From: an uncultured delta proteobacterium
GTDB lineage: Bacteria; Myxococcota_A; Polyangia; Polyangiales; Polyangiaceae
NCBI GenBank assembly: GCA_963782055.1
Contig: CAWAIF010000003.1
Location: forward strand, 6,432,001-6,496,000
DNA: 64,000 nucleotides
Direction of reading: 5' to 3'
Positions 60,337 to 64,000 of the stretch are shown piece after piece. Position 1 is the stretch's first letter; the number at the start of each line of letters is the position of its first letter. A program made the translations under genes and the position numbers. Under the pieces are notes generated by a model, which was not told the DNA's origin, did no database searches, and worked only from the letters and a program-made list of their open reading frames with translations.

Positions 60337-61834
60337 CAGTTGCACTCCGTCGGGGCGCCGTAGGCGGGCATCGCGTCAATCTGCGCGCGCGTGACCTTGC
60401 CGGACTGGATGATGGATTTGTAGGTCTGCGCGCTCGGCCGGGCGGTGCGTACTTTGGTGGTGGGATCGACGGCGTAGAGCCCGAACTTCGGGCAGAAGCC
60501 GCTGGCCCACTCGAAGTTGTCTTCCAGCGCCCAGTGGAAGTAGCCGCGCACGTCCACCCCGCGCTGGATGGCCCAGCCGAGCTGGTACAGGTGTTCGGCG
60601 AGGAATCGGCCCCTCATGACGTCCTGGGAGTCTGCCACACCATTCTCGGTGATGACGACCGGCAAACCGTAGGGGGCGACCTCGTCCATCACCGTGCCCA
60701 GGCCCTCGGGGTAGATGTCCCAGGCAAAGTCGGTCTTGGGGCGATCGGTCGGCATGTGATCTTGGGTTACGGCCACCTTGACCACCGGGATTATGATGCC
60801 CCGGGACGCGCTGACCAGGGTGTCGGAGTAGTAGTTGACCCCGATGTAGTCCTCCCGGCCCTTCAGCGTCGGATCGGCCGTCACGTCGTTCGGGCCGTCC
60901 AGCTTGCCGTCGTAGTCGTCGTCCCAGTCCCCGCGCGTCACCGCGTTCAGCATCCAGTCGTTCCAGAGGTAGCGGAGGCGGTCCGCGGCGGCCTGGTCGT
61001 CGGGGTCGGTCGGGTCGTTGGGGTGAAAGGTGCGCAGGTGTGCCGCGAAGGAGACCAGCGCCGCCTTCCCGTCGCCGTCGGCGTCGGTGGTGTCGGCCTG
61101 GTGGAGCGCGTCGTAGCAGGCGGCGTGCGCGCGCACCTCCGCCTTGGCCACAGCGAAGGCGCGGTCCATCGAGAGCACCAGGCCGGGGGGAAGCTCCCCT
61201 GCACGTAGCCGCCGAGCACCAGGTTGAAGGGCTCGTTGATGGTGATCCACCAGTCGACCTTGTCCCCGAAGCGCTTGCCCATGCGCGAGCACCACTCCGT
61301 GAAGAGCTGCACCGCGTCGGGGCGCTCCCAGCCCTGCGGGTCTGCTGGCTTGCTCACGTCGTCCAGCCAGTCCGGGAGGGCGAAGTGCTGCAGCGTGACC
61401 ATCGGGGTGATCCCCGCGGCCTTCAGCTTGTCGAGGAGCGTGGTGTAGGCGGTGACGCCCGCCGGGTCCGGCGTGTCGGCGTCGAAGGCCGCGCGGGTAG
61501 GATAGAGGCGCGCCCACTCGATGGAGAAGCGGTAGGCGTTCTGCCCGCTGTCCTTCAGGGCGGCGACATCCTCGTCGATGTGCGCGAGCGCGTCGGGGCC
61601 GCCGACGTCCGGCTTGTCGCCGTTCTTGATCTTGCCGGCCATCTCCACCCAGTGGCCCCAGTCCGTCGCTTGCAGGCCGGATTCCACCTGGAAGCCGGCT
61701 GTCGCCGAGCCCCACAGGAAGCCTGGCGGGAAGGTGACCTCCGCGGGGGGCGGGGGCGTGTCCGAGGGCGTCGACCCCGACGAGCACGCGATCGCCACGG
61801 CGACGGCGGTGACGGCGGCCAGGCGACGCAACAT
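60336..61834 (-). pseudogene. Glycoside hydrolase family 1 lipoprotein with a -1 frameshift in a C6 tract (61185-61190)
   Basis: FPPGFLWGSATAGFQVE, YRFSIEW.R and TINEP in one frame; GVNYY, ITENG and W...DNFEW in another. Confidence 0.85.
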
Positions 61835-61858
61835 CGCCACTCATGCTAGCACGGGGCC

Positions 61859-62701
61859 ATGGGACTCCTCGACGGCAAGGTCGCGCTCATCACCGGCGCG
61901 GGAGGCGGCATCGGCCGCGAGCACGCGCTGCTCTTCGCGCGCGAGGGCGCGAAGGTCGTCGTCAACGACCTGGGCGGTCCGCGCGACGGCAGCGAGAGCG
62001 ACGCGAGCGCGGCGGAGAAGGTGGCGCGCGCGATCACTGGCGCGGGCGGCGCGGCCGTCGCCAACCACGACTCGGTGGCGAGCGCCCAGGGCGCGGCGGG
62101 AATCGTCAAGGCGGCGATGGACGCCTTCGGGCGCGTCGACGTGCTGGTCAACAACGCCGGCATCCTGCGCGACAAGACCTTCCTCAAGCTGGAAGAGGCG
62201 CACTGGGATGCTGTGATCGACGTGCACCTGAAAGGCACCTTCCTGGTGAGCCAGGCGGTGGCCAGGCAGCTCGTCGCGCAGGGCGAGGGCGGGCGCATCG
62301 TCAACACCACCAGCGTGAGCGGGATGCTCGGCAACTTCGGCCAGGCCAACTACGCCGCGGCGAAGGCGGGCATCTACGGCCTCACGCGCACGATGGGCAT
62401 CGAGCTACAGAAGCACCGCATCACGGTGAACGCGCTGGCGCCCATCGCCAAGACGCGCATGACCGAGGACCTGCCCATGTTCCAGGGGACCGAGACGCTG
62501 GGGCCGGAGCACATCGCGCCGGCGGCGCTCTTCCTCGCGAGCCCCCTCTGCGGGGAGCGCACGGGGTACGTGCTCGCGGCGGCGGGCGCGCGCATGTATG
62601 CCTTCAAGGTGGTGGAGACGGCCGGCAAGTTCAAGGACGAGGCCGCCGGCGTGTGGACTGCGCAGGAGATCGCGGATCACTGGGACTCCATCGTGAAGTG
62701 A
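61859..62701 (+). CDS. SDR oxidoreductase (3-hydroxyacyl-CoA dehydrogenase/MFE-2-like)
   Basis: TGAGGGIG, VVVNDLG, NNAGILRD, GNFGQANYAAAK. Confidence 0.93.
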   Translation: MGLLDGKVALITGAGGGIGREHALLFAREGAKVVVNDLGGPRDGSESDASAAEKVARAITGAGGAAVANHDSVASAQGAAGIVKAAMDAFGRVDVLVNNAGILRDKTFLKLEEAHWDAVIDVHLKGTFLVSQAVARQLVAQGEGGRIVNTTSVSGMLGNFGQANYAAAKAGIYGLTRTMGIELQKHRITVNALAPIAKTRMTEDLPMFQGTETLGPEHIAPAALFLASPLCGERTGYVLAAAGARMYAFKVVETAGKFKDEAAGVWTAQEIADHWDSIVK

Positions 62702-62722
62702 GGCTGGCTGACGCCGGCGCGC

Positions 62723-62876
62723 CCGGAGGGGGTCCGGGCGGCACGGGGCCCAGCCCCGGCGATCGTTCGCCCGCCAACGAGCCGACCACCACCCGCCGGT
62801 CCGGAGGGGGTCCGGGCGGCGCCAGCCCCGCCAATCGTTCGCCGGCCAACGAGCCGAACTCCACGCGCCGGTCCGG
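62723..62876. repeat. Two ~78-bp tandem units, each carrying the REP-like palindrome
   Basis: CCGGAGGGGGTCCGGGCGGC at 62723 and 62801; ATCGTTCGCC.GCCAACGAGCCGA in both units. Confidence 0.85.
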
Positions 62877-62918
62877 GGCGGGGGCGGCCGGCGGCTCGTG
62901 ATAGGCTCGGCGTTCCCC

Positions 62919-63560
62919 ATGATCCGCAATCTCCTCCAGGCTGCCGCCGCTTACGTCCGAAAGAACCCCGACGAGATCGTCCGCGCCACGCTCAACGCCG
63001 GTCGGCTTCGCTTCGGCATACCCATCGCCGCGCTCGCGTGGATGGCCGGACAGGTGAAGGGGAAGAAGGCTCCGAAGGACATCGAGGTGGGCGCGGTGCC
63101 GCCGGCGCTGCGACTGCAGGCGACCGTCGACGCGATGGGCACGCAGCTCCGCGCCGCGGCCTCGATCAAGATCGACGAGGTGGAGATCACCGCCGATGCC
63201 ATCCGCGTGGGCGTGCGACTGAACGACATCAAGCTGAAGGTGATGGACGAGAGCGAGACGCCCGTGGCCACGCTGGTGAAGTCCGGCGCGCTCAATCTCT
63301 CCAAGCCGGGCAACCTGGTGAAGTTCATCCCCAAGCGCCCCGCCGCCATCGTCGAGGCCGAGGGCGACCGCATCGTGGTCGACCTGCTCAAGGTCCCCTC
63401 CCTGGCGACCAACGGGCGGCTGCGGCAGGCGCTGCAGGTGGTCTCTCCGCTGGTGGGCATCCGCGCCATCGAGACCGAGCGCGATCACATCTACGTCGCG
63501 CTCAAGGCGACCCCCGGGGGCCTGCGCCGGGCGCTCGTGGCCATCCGCGAAGCGCGCTAG
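62919..63560 (+). CDS. Hypothetical protein
   Basis: Strong GC3 bias and globular composition; no motif recognised. Confidence 0.75.
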   Translation: MIRNLLQAAAAYVRKNPDEIVRATLNAGRLRFGIPIAALAWMAGQVKGKKAPKDIEVGAVPPALRLQATVDAMGTQLRAAASIKIDEVEITADAIRVGVRLNDIKLKVMDESETPVATLVKSGALNLSKPGNLVKFIPKRPAAIVEAEGDRIVVDLLKVPSLATNGRLRQALQVVSPLVGIRAIETERDHIYVALKATPGGLRRALVAIREAR

Positions 63561-63707
63561 ATGAGCGGCCGCCATTCGCGAGCCCGAGCCAAAGGGGGAG
63601 CCGCCGAATTCACGTCGGCGGCGCGGGGCATGAGCATCCCCCCCCGCGATCCGGCGTGGCCGGTTCGTGCACGCTGAACTCGGGACACATCGCTTCGTGG
63701 GCAGAGG

Positions 63708-64000
63708 TTGAGCCAGCTCTCGCTCTTCGGGTCGGTCTGCGGCGTCATCTTCCTCGCCGAGCTGCCGGACAAGACCGCGGTCGCCGCGCTGGTGCTCGCC
63801 ACGCGACATCGCGCGCTCCCCGTCCTCCTCGGTGCGGGCCTCGCGCTCACGGTCCAGAGCGCCGTGGCCGTCGCGGCGGGCGGGCTCTTCGCGCTGCTCC
63901 CGCGCACGGCGGTGCACGTGGCGGCGGGGCTGACCTTCCTCGCGTCCGCCTTCTTCATGTGGCGTCAGAAGGAGGACGCCGAGGAGGAGGTGCGCGCGGC
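63708..64000 (+). CDS. TMEM165/GDT1 (UPF0016) Mn/Ca transporter family, 3'-truncated; absent from the ORF track
   Basis: Own translation: MSQLSLFGSVCGVIFLAELPDKTAVAALVLATR..., a variant of the family E-x-G-D-K-T motif, followed by TM helices. Confidence 0.85.
   Translation, partial: MSQLSLFGSVCGVIFLAELPDKTAVAALVLATRHRALPVLLGAGLALTVQSAVAVAAGGLFALLPRTAVHVAAGLTFLASAFFMWRQKEDAEEEVRA

Noticed and set aside
62723..62876. Possible mini-CRISPR
   Set aside because: Only two units, the intervening sequences are similar rather than unique spacers, and there are no cas genes.

Overview
Very GC-rich, densely coding bacterial DNA. The gene content (Cys-rich lipoproteins, FHA proteins, a eukaryotic-type Ser/Thr kinase, a TPR-sigma54 activator, an ECF sigma/anti-sigma cassette) suggests a myxobacterium, probably Sorangiineae/Polyangiales-like; this is an inference. 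About 55 CDSs are supportable. They include nadE, gltX, nadD, fhs, kdd, hisD, ccmB, a pyruvoyl arginine decarboxylase, an NfeD-stomatin pair, a ~1460-aa zinc metalloprotease lipoprotein and several signalling genes. Two genes are split by single-base frameshifts. I see no rRNA, tRNA, CRISPR array, transposase or integrase. The most unusual signals are: (1) a dispersed three-hairpin element in three copies, each just after a stop codon, with compensatory base changes between copies; (2) a separate ~20-bp REP-like palindrome at seven intergenic sites; (3) a TPR-sigma54 activator followed by a small lipoprotein with a duplicated DPHPSPW motif, then a membrane histidine kinase and a C-terminally anchored protein, a candidate peptide-signalling locus; (4) two tandem-palindrome operators with 21-bp spacing. 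All product calls come from motif recognition by eye; no database searches were run.
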